Below, piece after piece: positions 27,512-40,764 of a DNA stretch of 64,000 nt. Where the stretch lies: assembly GCA_951406725.2 (NCBI GenBank), contig OX597818.1, forward strand, positions 72,230,001-72,294,000, written 5' to 3'. A model generated the notes under the pieces. That model made no database searches. It saw only the letters and a list, made by a program, of their open reading frames with translations, and was not told the origin of the DNA. The translations under genes and the position numbers were made by a program. Origin of the DNA: Octopus vulgaris (lineage: Eukaryota). Position 1 is the first letter of the stretch. Each line of letters begins with the position of its first letter.

Positions 27512-27516
<5 letters not shown>
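27303..27516 (+). mobile_element. PLE-type 3' end (pLTR-like) between (TA)n tracts
   Basis: Contains a minimal hammerhead; the T-rich tail runs into (TA)n. Confidence 0.6.
27384..27418 (+). ncRNA. Minimal type I hammerhead ribozyme
   Basis: gttt-CTGACGA-a-gagc-tcc-gctc-GAAA-cgTT-aaac. Stem I gttt/aaac, stem II gagc/gctc, palindromic stem III AACGTT. Confidence 0.72.
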
Positions 27517-27593
<77 letters not shown>

Positions 27594-27624
27594 TGTATGT
27601 ATCTATATATATATATGTATTAAC

Positions 27625-28030
27625 CGGTGTTGTTCAAACGATGAATAGCCTACGCGTAAACCAATTGGGACAAGAACGCAAAACATCCAGACAGGTGATA
27701 CAAGAAAGGGACAACGAAACATCCTGATAGACGATACAAAGAGAACAAGAACGGGTCATTCGGAATTTTCTTTCCTCAGTCGGGTTCCAGATTATCTTTG
27801 CAATTTCGGCTGGTTATACTCGAGATTGCTCCAATCTGGCCAGCTCCAAGGAAAAACTAAGCCAAGAGCATTAGATTCCTTGGAAGAAAGCAGCGAATGT
27901 ATACGAAAACAAGGACGGAAAAATGGAGAATGTTACACAAATACAAATAACAGGACATAACAACAGGTGCATTTCGACTAAGGTTGAATTAAATAAACTG
28001 GCTTGTGTGGAAGTAAAGCCTTACAGCATG
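27625..28030 (-). mobile_element. Repeat family D (PLE-3'-end-like), copy 1
   Basis: Aligns with 35415-35830 and 36925-37397 (caatttcggctg, gagcattagat, caggtg..tttcgact). Confidence 0.65.
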
Positions 28031-28560
28031 GACCAACCACATGGTTCCGGGTTCAGCCCCACTGCTTGGCACCTTGGGCAAGTGTCATCTACTTTAGCCT
28101 CGGGCCGACCAAAGCCTTGTGAGTGGATTTGGTAGACGGAAACTGAAAGAAGCCCGTCGTATATATGTATATATATATATATATGCGTGTGTGTGTTTGT
28201 GTGTCTGTGTTTGTCCCCCTAACATTGCTTGACAACCGATGCTGGTGTGTTTACGTCCCCGTAACTTAGCGGTTCGGCAAAAGTGACCGATAGAATAAGT
28301 ACTGGGCTTACACAAGAATAAGTCCCGGGGTCGTGTTGCTCGATTAAAGGCGGTGCTCAGCATGGCCGCAGTCAAATGACTGAAACAAGTAAAAGAGATA
28401 TATACTAACCATCCCCCACCATCGCTTGACAACCGATGCTGGTGTGTTTACGTCGCCGTAACCTAGCGGTTCGGCAAATATATTGTTCGACTGAAAAGGC
28501 GGTGCTCCAGCATGGCCGCAAGTCAAATAACTGAAAAAAAAGTAAAAAAAAAAGTAAAAG
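28031..28560 (+). mobile_element. SINE family A plus a tandem partial 3' copy
   Basis: Head and core at 28031-28397; the 3' part is repeated at 28410-28560. Confidence 0.8.
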
Positions 28561-29043
28561 TAACAACAACTAGAAGAAGAAGATTTGGAAAAACGGAAAA
28601 AGAACCAGTTCTGACCCCCCCCCCCCAAACCACCCAACTACCGACCTGGGCCCTTCTCACCCCATCCTCCAACCCCCCACCACCACCACCACCTCCGCTC
28701 CAAATACCGGACCGACCCCACGGCTCTTCAGACGTATGCACCTCCCTCCTCGCAACCATCCACCCTACACCACACTCCCACCCAGCCGTTGCTACATTCA
28801 TACCTGAACACACCTACCCATTGTCACTCATTGGACGTACCTACCTGTCCTAATTTTCGTCAGGGCCTTCCGCCGCCGCCGCCGCCGCCACCGCCGCAAC
28901 CAACACTACAACCAACACTGCCATCACAGCCACCACCACAACTACTTCCACACCACCAACACTACCTCCACCCCCACTAGCACTGCCGCTACCTCTACTA
29001 CTACTACTACTAATACTAATACTAATACTACTACTACTACTAC

Positions 29044-29074
<31 letters not shown>

Positions 29075-29096
29075 AATACTACTACTACTACTATTG

Positions 29097-29173
<77 letters not shown>

Positions 29174-30311
29174 GCTAATACTACTACTACTACTACCACT
29201 TTCAAGATCACTTTCTAATCGAGTAAGAATGTTTCATTTCAGCTGGTGTTGGAACCTCCGGAACTCTTTCATCAACATCAACGTCGAAATCGCCATCTTT
29301 ATCTCCTTCGGTTTCCTTCTCAGGTTGCCGAATGTCATGAATGGTCTCGTTTAGTTTTTCTTTATCATTGTAACGTTCTAACATTTAAATGTTTTCTGTC
29401 ACGGATTTGTCCTGCCTATCTCTTTGCATTTTGAACATTTTGAATGACTTGTGTGTGTGTGAATGTGAGTGTGTGTGTGTGTCTGCCTCTCTGCACACAT
29501 GATGAATGACGTGTTTTTTTCGCCCTCGAATACTGACAAGTGGGCTCCAGCATCCACAACCAACCAGCTGTCACATGGTACACTCCATAAACAAATGAAT
29601 GAGAAGGGCGCGTAATTTTGACAAGCGGTGTCCCGAGCCTACTTTTTCGCTTGAATGACAGGGTTGTGTGGTAGGCTCCAGCAGCTACTGCCAGCTACTA
29701 CATATTGATCTGTCACTTGTTGACACTTTAGGAAGAAGCAGCAACATTTGAATTTACTAAGCAATAGTATGGATTTATTAAACGAGAGATTTGATGTGTA
29801 AAAATTCCGTCCCAACCCATTTTGAATACATTAAGCAGGTGGATTTAGATTTATTATCAGTGGATTTACTTAGCGGGATCTATATATATACACGTATATG
29901 TATACATAAATACACACACATATGTACGTGCATGTGTGCGTGTGTGTTGATTGCTTCGTCTTCATGACTACAATTGTCACTAGAGTGCTGGGTCACTTTG
30001 TGGGATCATTTTACCTGTCTCCCTGTCACGGGAAACTCAGAACAAGGATGTAAGGTAAAAAGTCCTGCGACCTGTGCAGAGATTCGCATATATATGCCTC
30101 CAACTAGTTAGGTATGTAAACGGCACCACTACTTTATCTCCGTAGAACTTACATCTGTACGTCTTTGGATTATAGTGATAAATGCTTGTATAACAGAAGT
30201 ACTACGCTCAGACCGAAGTTAGATGAACATTCAGTGATCACGCGGAAATGCTGAACTACTTCAGAATATCCCTATACAAGAAAGATGCTGTGATTATAGA
30301 ACACACAAACA

Positions 30312-30354
<43 letters not shown>

Positions 30355-31311
30355 TACGTAGGTACGTACGTACATATGTATGTATGTAAATATATACGCC
30401 TGTGCTCATGCATGTGTATGAGTATGCATGTCAGTAAGTACGTCTATGTAAAACTGTTTATCTGAAAAGTATATTGTTGTGTCAATCTTCGTTGACCATA
30501 TATTATACCACAACTTACTCTAAATCATTTATGCTAACCATTATTTACAAGTTTTAATAAATGAGCCTTTTTTTTAGTTCAACTTCCTCACTGAACTGTC
30601 AGCTAATGGTAACTATGGTCCTATATTACGTCATAGACAGAATTAAAATGGTGGAGTACTTGTTGTTTTCCCGTTTTCTCAAAAACATATGTAGATAGAG
30701 AAACGCAATACCGAAAATTAAAGTTTTGGTTGTATATCTTTGACAGTGTTTGATAAAAACATTCTTTTATATACATAAGTGCACAAATACATCTAAGCAT
30801 CAATAAGTAAATTTAAAACACAGCAATGATATCTACATAACTCCCAAATATCCGAGTTAATTCAACGACTTATAGGGGATATTGTAGATAATTGAATTGC
30901 CTCCAGGAAGCAAGGGAGAGTTAGTTTATCACCAGCAGGCAGACTGAAACACGAAACTTGTCTAGTGTTATTTGAATAATGAAGATTGGAGATAAGCCTA
31001 CAGAAATAAATTTGCCTCAACAACTTTACAATTCCTGAAAATCTGGCATTTAATTGTAAGTTAGATAAGACATTGGCGATTACATTGAGTAAAGATGTCT
31101 AGTTTGTGAGGGGATCAAGTTTTACGCGAAGCAGAGAGGAAATTTCTGAACACAATTTGGGCTTTAATTACAGAAAATGTAAAAGATGCTAACGTCAAGT
31201 GATCGATAATTTAATCGAGAATCGATAGGGAAATTGATTAAAATTTTTTAGTCAGCAACGGAGCAAACAACATATCACAGCTAACAAATAAAATGGATGT
31301 CAATAAAAATT

Positions 31312-31435
<124 letters not shown>

Positions 31436-31459
31436 ATATGTAAGCATATATATGTGTGG

Positions 31460-31509
<50 letters not shown>

Positions 31510-31914
31510 GAGTTCATATATACGTATGTGCGGTCATGGATATATAAATACATTATGTATATAGAGACACACATGCAAACTCATATATTTACATGTTTCT
31601 GTGTGTGTATATATACATACATACATGCACACACATACATACATACATACATACATACATACATACATACATACATACATACATACATACACACGCACAC
31701 ATAATACATATAAATGTATATATATATATATATATAACGGTATGTTATTATTTTGCGTAAGAGCTATTTGGAATTTCATTTGTTTCTTAGGGTAGTGTCT
31801 GCTGTTAATTTGCCAATCATTCAATGAATTATTCATTAGTCTGTCATTGTAATGAATAGGCGAGGAGAAAAACAACAATGGCGACATCAGCAAGACAGCA
31901 ATAATAATGATAAT

Positions 31915-31959
<45 letters not shown>

Positions 31960-31972
31960 TATAATAATAATG

Positions 31973-32074
<102 letters not shown>

Positions 32075-32099
32075 GTAATAATAATAATAATAATAATAA

Positions 32100-32287
32100 T
32101 GGTTCAAATTATGACAAAAGACCACCAATTTCAAGAGTAGGAAACAAGGCGATATCGAACCCAGTAATTAATTGGTACGTATTTCATCGACCTCGAAAGG
32201 GTGAAAGGCAAAGTTGACCTCGGCAGAATTTCAACTGAAAACGTAAAGGCAGACGAAATGCTATTAAACGTGCTTGCTTGCCGTCCT
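32100..32287 (-). mobile_element. SINE family B
   Basis: tcgacctcgaaagggtgaaaggcaaagttgacctcggc. Confidence 0.7.
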
Positions 32288-32293
32288 AATAAT

Positions 32294-32347
<54 letters not shown>

Positions 32348-32701
32348 AATAATAATAATAATAAATTCGTTTATTAGCCACAAGGGCTTACATAAAATTA
32401 CATTGAGACATACAACAACATAAAGGATAAAAAGCGGATAATACAATGGGTTAAACCCCAATGTGTGAACAATATAATAACAATAAAAAATAAACAATTC
32501 AAAACTCCCAATAGGGGAGGCCCATTAAGGCCCTCGTGCAAAAAACCCACAAAAGTCACGGGTGCCTGAACAACAGGGCAAGTGCTCTTCTTTTGTTTAC
32601 AGATGCACGCTCAGAATTGATCCTTTCATACTGGCCATTCTTCCAACATTCACCCACCTTTCAACAAACTTGCTACAAGGCAACACTTCCCTCTCTGTCC
32701 T

Positions 32702-32776
<75 letters not shown>

Positions 32777-33305
32777 TGCCCTGATGCAGTACCAGGCAAT
32801 GGATCTCATGGCTTCTGATCGTAACTGATTGGAAGTGTTATGTACATTGTTTTGTCTTGGTATTAAAGATGGGCTACGACAAATATTCTGCTCAATACCA
32901 CAAATTTGCTTGTCAATCTATTTGAGCACATCCCTTAGTGGCTGATGATATGTGCATCACTGATCAGCAGCAGAAGTATTGGGGGAGCATCATAGCCATG
33001 TGTTGAGAGGAATTCTTTGGGGTTTGGATAATTCGCGTTTGGAAACATGGGTGTTTTGTTCAACATCCTTAAGCAGCTCTTATTCAGGGACCTTTTGAGT
33101 GAGATGGGCTACTCGACCTGAAGAAAATTCCCACCTGCAAAGTCATGTGCTGTTTATCTTGATATGAGATCACCCTGTCGCGAACATATGGTTGTGATGC
33201 ATGTGCGTGGTGTATCGTTATCAGACGGATAATCATGATTGGTTTATTGGGCTTCGTAAATTTTACCCCATTGTAACTTTGATGGCATGCACTACTCACT
33301 CACTC
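32777..33305 (+). mobile_element. Repeat family C, copy 3
   Basis: Same termini as copy 2, with (AAT)n on both sides. Confidence 0.85.
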
Positions 33306-33334
33306 AAGATAATAATAATAATAATAATAATAAT

Positions 33335-33396
<62 letters not shown>

Positions 33397-33416
33397 TAAT
33401 GAAGATAATAATAATG

Positions 33417-33459
<43 letters not shown>

Positions 33460-33467
33460 TAATGAAG

Positions 33468-33552
<85 letters not shown>

Positions 33553-33553
<1 letters not shown>

Positions 33554-33785
33554 CCTTTCTACTAAAGGCACAAGGCCTGAACTTTTGGGACAGGGAATTA
33601 ATCGATTCCATCGACCGCAGTGCTTCACTGGTTCTTAAGTTATCAACCCCGAAATTATGAAAGATAAAGTCGATCTCAGCGGAATTTTAACTCACAACGC
33701 AAAAACAGGCGAAATGTCACTAAGCATTCTCGCAGGTGTGCTAACGAGTCTACACGCGTGCTAACGATTCTGCCAGCTTGCTCCC

Positions 33786-33829
<44 letters not shown>

Positions 33830-34445
33830 CTTTAATGTTAAAGGAACAAGGCGAGCAAGTTCAGGGGAGGCGATAAGAAGATTACATCGACCATGATCAA
33901 CTGATACTTATCTTGTCGACCCCAAAAAGAATGAAAAGCAAAGTCGATCTCAGTTGGATTTGAATTCAGAACCTGAAGACGGACGAAAGGCAGCTAACCA
34001 ATTTGCCCGGGGTGCTAACGATTATGCCAGCTCACCACCTTAATAATAATAATTGCAATAATGATAATAATAATGATTTCAAACTTTGGTACAAGGCTAG
34101 AAATTTCGTGGTGAGGGTAAGTCGATTACGTCGACACCAATGCTCCCCCAAAGTATAAAAGCCAAAGAAAACCTCGGTGAAATTTGAACTCAGAACGTAA
34201 AGACGGACGAAATGACGCTAAGCATTTTACCTGGCGTTCAATTGATACTACCAGCTCGTCGGCTTGATAACAACATCAACAACAATAACATTCATAATAA
34301 TAATCGCTTCTACTATAGGCACAAGACCTGAAATTTGGGGCAGTGGGATAGTCGATTACATCGACCCCAGTTCTCAGGTGATACTTATTCTATCGATTTC
34401 GAAAGGATGAAAGGCGAAGTCGACGGCGGTGAAATTTGAATTCAA
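33553..34445 (-). mobile_element. Cluster of four SINE family B copies separated by (AAT)n
   Basis: Units start at ~33553, 33830, 34075 and 34305, each with (g)g(c/t/a)acaag and family B core sequence. Confidence 0.75.
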
Positions 34446-35260
34446 AGCAACAATTATAATAAAAATAAAGTTGAGGACAGTACTAAAGTGCACGGCTGTT
34501 CCTTGAAGAATACTATTAAATCTCACCATCACTAACATGCACTAACATCATTATTGCAGTTACTGACACAACTATTAACACCATCATTGCTAACATTACT
34601 GCCACTAGTATCACTACGACGGCGACCACCATGAACACCGCCACTACGACGACCACGGCCACGACGAAAAGCACCACCCCAACCACCACTACACAATGAC
34701 AACTATTACAACCAGCACCTCCAACAACCCTTCCCAGGACTATCATCATTACTAATAGCAACACTCGTACCACCACCACCACCACCACCACCATCACAAC
34801 TGCCATCACTGTCAACACCAAAATTTAACATATACTAACATCACCAGTACCACCATCAGGACAAGTAACACAACTACTTTCCTTAACACCAATACCACTA
34901 ACACCATCATGACCGCTAGCACCATCCTCGCCATCATTAGTACGAAAATCGACATCATTCCACACCGACAACAACTCAATATTAGTGTCCATCGTGTTTA
35001 AAATTCTTTATAACCATTCGTTAGCCTGTTGTGAAGTGAAGTTCTATCATTCAAAAGGTTATTCATAATGAATATATTATATTTAATGGCATATATATCT
35101 ATCAATCTGTCTTTGTGTCTTTCTGCCTTGGTATACTCTCTCACTCTCTCTCACTCTCTCTCTCCCTCTCTCATTATTTGTGCTCTCTATGTATGCAACA
35201 TATAAACATAAACGCATATATATATATATATGTACTTGCATACATATATCATAAATAAAA

Positions 35261-35302
35261 ATCACGCAAAACCCATGTGAGAGTTAGCTCACAAGGGTTT
35301 TG

Positions 35303-35308
<6 letters not shown>
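35261..35308. repeat. 21-bp-arm hairpin abutting (TA)n
   Basis: atcacgcaaaacccatgtgag-agttag-ctcacaagggttttgcgtgat (1 mismatch). Confidence 0.85.
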
Positions 35309-35366
<58 letters not shown>

Positions 35367-35414
35367 TTAAATCCTTAAAATCCTTAAAAATGTTTTAGCC
35401 CGAAAGCCGCGGCC

Positions 35415-35830
35415 AGGACAATAAAACATCCGGACAGACAGATGATACAAAGGCAGACAGGAAAACAACAATTAGAGGGGCAGGAAAAAAGGACGGATTA
35501 TTCGTGGTCTTCCTTCGTCAGTCAAGTTACCAGATGTCCTCACAGTTTCGGGCAGTTACACTTGAGACTGTTCAATCTCGTTACCTCCAAAGAAATATAA
35601 GCTAAGAGCATTAGATCTTTTGTAAGTTGGGAAGCGAATATGTACGACAACAAAAACAAAAGACGGAGAACATGTTACACAATTACAAATATAAACAACA
35701 AAAATATAACAACAGGTGTCTTTCGACTGAGGACGAATCAAATTAGCTGGTGTGCATAAAGTGAAAGCCTTAAGGCAGGAACATAGCAGATGGACATAAG
35801 AGATTTTGGCGGTCGGAAGTCAGGCCAAGA
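35415..35830 (-). mobile_element. Repeat family D, copy 2
   Basis: Similarity to 27625-28030. Confidence 0.6.
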
Positions 35831-36002
35831 AAGAAAGATCATGTGAAAGGAGGAGAGACAAGTAGAGGACAGTGGGATTGAAGGATTAGGGGAAGAACGG
35901 GAGAGAAAAATCAAAGAGACAAAGGGAAGGTACAAGAGAGGGAAACAAAGAGTTAAAGAAAGAAAGGACCAAGAATGTGAGATATGGTAGAGAACTGGAA
36001 GA

Positions 36003-36170
36003 GAAATGCTTAGCGATATTTCGTCTGCCGTTACGTTCTGAGTTCAAATTCCGACGAGGTCAACTTTGACTTTCATCCTTTAGGTGTCGATAAATTAAGT
36101 ACCAGTTACGCACTGGGGTCCTTGTTTGTCCCCTCTTTGTTTAGCCCCTAGTGGGCAATAAAGAAATAAG
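36003..36170 (+). mobile_element. SINE family B
   Basis: ttacgttctgagttcaaattccgacgaggtcaactttg. Confidence 0.75.
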
Positions 36171-36378
36171 ATGTGAGATAGGGGATCCAGAAAAAAGTGG
36201 AAGAAAATATGAGGGCACTAAAACTTGGGGAAATTTCGAACCTGGGTTCGAATAACGAAATCAAAAAGAGGTTATCTTCAAAAAACGAAAAACTAAAAAA
36301 ATAAGGAACCGGTATTAAGGAAGGATAGGAAAATATTAGAATTAATATGCCCTAAACATTCACTCCATAATTGCCCAC

Positions 36379-36628
36379 GGGCATATGGCGTAGTGGTTAA
36401 TAGCGCGGGCTACTAATACCAAGATTCCGAGTTCGATTCCAGGCTGTGAGCTCAATAATAATAATAATAATAATAACAACAACATTGAAAAATACCTTAG
36501 GAATGAGGCTGGAGGGTATATCAGCCGAAACATCGTGTAAACAACAAACAAGATGAGGACAAATATCCGTCAAATGTTAATAATATAAATAATATACGTA
36601 ATTCCTCAACTCGTAATTATAGAACTGT
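36379..36628 (+). mobile_element. tRNA-like head + (AAT)n + 3' half of a hammerhead + tail
   Basis: A box TGGCGTAGTGG and B box GTTCGATTCC; ATGA-ggctg...cagcc-GAAA at 36503-36530. Confidence 0.55.
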
Positions 36629-36719
36629 TCTATAAACATAAAAATGGAACGAAATCGTAATAGGGGTCAATACACACACAAATATATATTGACATGTACA
36701 TATATATGTACACACACAA

Positions 36720-36757
<38 letters not shown>

Positions 36758-36771
36758 GTGGATGTGTACAG

Positions 36772-36804
<33 letters not shown>

Positions 36805-36830
36805 CGCACATACATATATTTATACATATG

Positions 36831-36865
<35 letters not shown>

Positions 36866-36924
36866 ATATGTGTTATATATATATATATATATATAAGGCC
36901 AACGGACATCGCTATATATATTAT

Positions 36925-37397
36925 ATGTAGAAAAATACAAACTGGGAAAAGAACGTAAAACATTTAGAAGACGATACAAAAAACACGGACGGGACGTTTG
37001 AAGCCTTTAATCTTCAGTCAAGAACCGGATCATCCTAGCAATTTCGGCTGATTAATCTTGAGATCGCTCCGATCCGGCCAGCCCCAAGGAAAAACTAAGC
37101 TACGAGCATTAGATTTCTTGGAAGAAGGATCGAATGTATACGAAACAGGGACAGAAAAACGGACGATGCCACACGAATATAAAATACAAAAAACAATAAT
37201 GGTAAAAACAGGACAAAAACAGCGGGTGTCTTACGACTAATAAACAGTACAAGTTTAGCTGGCGTATTTGGAAAAAAATGCCTTTATCGGCAGACGAAGA
37301 CAACGATGTTCTCACGGCTGGTCAAAATCAGCATTTTGGTCTCCGACCACTGCCGTGAGAACATCGCTGTCTTCGTCTGCCGATAAAGGCATTTTTT
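36925..37397 (-). mobile_element. Repeat family D, copy 3, capped by a 46-bp-arm fold-back (37273-37318 / 37352-37397)
   Basis: aaaaaatgcctttatcggcagacgaagacaacgatgttctcacggc ... gccgtgagaacatcgctgtcttcgtctgccgataaaggcatttttt. Confidence 0.75.
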
Positions 37398-37441
37398 ATA
37401 ACTTACCCCTAGTATAATCAGTACCTTCATCTTCCAGGACA

Positions 37442-37543
<102 letters not shown>

Positions 37544-38603
37544 ATACACACACACACACACACACTTGTTTGAGTCTCGTCAGCGGCCATAATGTTCATT
37601 TATGTCTAATGTCACTTCTTATGATATATAATATAAGCATATATGGTATTATATGTTAAATGTACCTAAAGTTATTTTGTTTATTTTCTAAGCATGTAAA
37701 AAATATAAAACCTTTCTTGTTTTATCAATTATTTTTTTCTTCATCGAAATCCTATGTAAAAACACTGCTGACGAAAAAAAGTCAAATATTCTTGTTAGAA
37801 AATTCCAATTCATCATTCTTCTGCTTGTTGAAGACCAATAGATAAATACATAAATAAAGGACAATTTAGAAATTGGATGCTAGATACGATCTTGCACGAT
37901 TGCCAAATGTTTCTTTTCCTAGAATTCCATCCAGATATTTCCAACCAAATGAAACTGCCAACTTCAGAGGAAACGTGTGTGAAATACAAGACACTAAATC
38001 AACAAATCAAAGATTTCGAAGCATAAAGATAATTACTTAATTATTATTTTTCCGAACCGATTTCCTCTGACGACAATTCATTATCTAAAAAAATTTCGTT
38101 TGTTTTTTTTGTTTCCTTTTCCATTTTGATTTATCGCTCCCCTCTGAACGTGTTGTCTTTGTCTTTTACAGAACACATGCACACCTTCATACGCACATAC
38201 ACACAAATATATAATATAGAAGTACATGGGAAAATCTATAACATCTCCCCCGGGACTCGAATGCCGCATCTGCTGCAAATATTAACCCTTTGTTTAATAA
38301 TTGAATGATGTAAGTTAAAATCACCGTTTTTTTTTACAACATTTGTCTATTTATTAGCGAAGTCTGATATAAAATGATTTTTTGTTTTAATCTTGGAATT
38401 AAATGGTTTTGAAGTAGAAAACATGTGAGATATTTCCTATTAGAAATTTATTTGACAGGGATCTTTATAAGGCAAAATTTCCATTTGGATGAAGCATTTA
38501 TATATAGTTAGTTATCAGGAGTTTTTAGATAGTTAGTGGGAAGAAAATATATGCTTATACACACACACACACGCACACACACACACAGATATATATATAA
38601 TTT

Positions 38604-38880
38604 AAATAATGAGGGTGATAAATTGAATATTAATTTACTTAACATCAATTTAAAACTAGTAGCCTAGCATATAGAAAAATCTGAAAATTCAGAAAAATTG
38701 TAATACATGCGTATAAAATTAAGGATAACCACTAAGTGGACATCTAATATGCTAGAAGAAGATCACCTACGATCTAACCACAAAGGAAAGAATGTTCTCT
38801 AGAGACATTCAGCAAACACCAGAACATAAGCGGGTAAGACAGATTGGATGTCCACTTAGTGGTCATCCCTTATTATACGC

Positions 38881-38885
<5 letters not shown>
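38604..38885 (-). mobile_element. Fold-back insertion in (TA)n: ~100-nt tail + ~45-bp arms (38704-38748 / 38843-38885); same family as 48141-48625
   Basis: accactaagtggacatc vs gatgtccacttagtggt; shared start aataatgagggtgataaattgaatattaatttacttaacatc. Confidence 0.8.
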
Positions 38886-38917
<32 letters not shown>

Positions 38918-38920
<3 letters not shown>

Positions 38921-39206
38921 TCACGCAAAAAAAATTTACTTTACCACACACCGAAATAGCAGCCAAAGAATTTAGCTATTTCCTCTACTATAAGAAGAGT
39001 CTCCCAGACAATGTATACTCAAAAACAGCTAAATTCTTTGGTTGCTATTTCTAAAAGTTCGGTGTTTGGTAAAGTAAATTTTTTTGCTGATACCTAATTA
39101 TATAAAATAATGTTTAAATTTACCGTAAATGGTCCTTTTACATACTGAACACTGCTTGGCAAAATTATTAATTACTAATTAATTAATTTTACCCTTATTA
39201 TTATTG

Positions 39207-39210
<4 letters not shown>
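38918..39210 (+). mobile_element. Fold-back insertion in (TA)n: ~60-bp arms (38918-38977 / 39027-39093) + tail; same family as 19456-19954
   Basis: gaaatagcagccaaagaatttagct vs agctaaattctttggttgctatttc. The tail taccgtaaatggtc matches the reverse complement of ~19534-19547. Confidence 0.8.
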
Positions 39211-39271
<61 letters not shown>

Positions 39272-40764
39272 GTACATGTATGTGTGTATATATGTATATA
39301 TGTGTATGCATATGCATAATTGTGTGTGCACACTTGTTACTTAATTCTCTAGACGCCCCCTCTCTCCCTCTACTATATTACTAGTTATATTTTTCTCCCA
39401 ACAACTATCTAAAGAACTCCTGATAACGAACTATAGATAAACGCTCCATCCAAATGGAAATTTTGCCTTATTAGGTTCTCTGTCTAAAGAATTTCTAATA
39501 GGAAATATCTTACATGTTTTCTACTTCATGTACAATTTTACAACTGCTTTTTGCAAACAAAACACGTGTAATGCTGAATAAATAATACCCAAAATTTTCC
39601 AATCTTCCGTTTTCATATATATACGAGGTAGTGCAAAAGTAGGTATACAGTCATGAAAAAAGAAAACATGTACAATACTCATTTATTTTTATCAAAAAAA
39701 TTAAAAGTTAGGATAAAAGTATTATAGTTATGACAAATATACTATTATGATTATTGACTATGAACATATCAAAAATGAAGCTAACAAATTAAATGTTCTA
39801 ATAATTTTAATGAATTGAGTATTATAACATTGATGTGATACTTACTGTGTAGGCTTAAAACCACGGTTAGACAGCGCTGGAGTCTTCTCTCCAGGGCACA
39901 GGCACGGGCATTTTTCGTGGAAGATCAGCAGTTTCCCACGCGACACGTCTCCCTTCTTCACTGCCATCAGTGTTATCCAAGGAAAGGGCAGGGACCAGTA
40001 CGATCTGGCACCAGTGGGGTTGTACGAGTTGTCTGAACGAAGTTGTCTGCAACCTCGAACTGAGTTAGGAACTCCGGCTCCTGATTTATCCTTGGGATTT
40101 ACTCCCAAAGCCTTTCTCTTAAGTGGGTATTGCCGCAAAGCAGCGGAGTTGCTACTTATCGTTGCTGTCTTTAGTGGGTAAGGGCTTAATAAGCTGCATA
40201 ACTAGTAAAGACAATTGGTTATTTGGATGGCCGTTGGCTCTACAGAGTTCATCCGCCCTTTGACAGGTCTTGTATTTAATCCTGCAAGGTTACCAAATAG
40301 CAAGAAAAGACACCTTCCTCACAGAGCAAGCTCAATGGGGTTGTCGGTGAACGGGATCAAGTTGGAAGTTAAGTATCTAGATAGTAAGTTAAAGAAAAGA
40401 AGAGAAAACAGCATGATTTCTTCAAAAGAAAGTCACGCAAAGCTAGCAGAGGTTAGCTTTTGTCGTTTATGCATATAGTGATAAATATCTATGTTAGAAA
40501 CAGAAACAATCTAGCGGAGAAAAAAAAAAACAGATGTCCATCTAGCTGTTTGAAGATCGTCAGAGATAGTGACATAAGAACGAAGGAGAAGAGGCGAGAA
40601 AGAGAGTGAGAGAAAGAAATAGAGGGGATAAAGAAGGAGAGAAAGAGTGAGAGAGAGTGAGAGAGAGAGGAGGAGGATATGGCTCCTAACAGAAGCAAGC
40701 TGGAAGTTATAGGTATCTAGATAATGAGTTAGGGAAAAGAAGAGAAAACAGTATAATTTCTTAG

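Larger units (their letters stand above)
38408..39530. repeat. ~145-bp inverted repeat (38408-38550 / 39386-39530) enclosing microsatellites and two nested fold-back insertions
   Basis: gaagtagaaaacatgtgagatatttcctattagaaatt vs aatttctaataggaaatatcttacatgttttctacttc; aggcaaaatttccatttggatg vs catccaaatggaaattttgcct. Confidence 0.8.

Noticed and set aside
33553-34445. Regularly spaced repeats suggesting a CRISPR-like array
   Set aside because: The units are ~150-240-bp diverged SINE copies separated by (AAT)n in a eukaryotic context, with no cas genes.
34516-34990. Thr/Val-rich ORF resembling a mucin or membrane protein
   Set aside because: Degenerate (ACC/ACT) triplet repeat with stops in the plus frames and no support for an exon.
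39850-40150. GC-richer block, possibly a LINE 5' UTR
   Set aside because: No protein motif or second copy in the window, so I cannot assign it.
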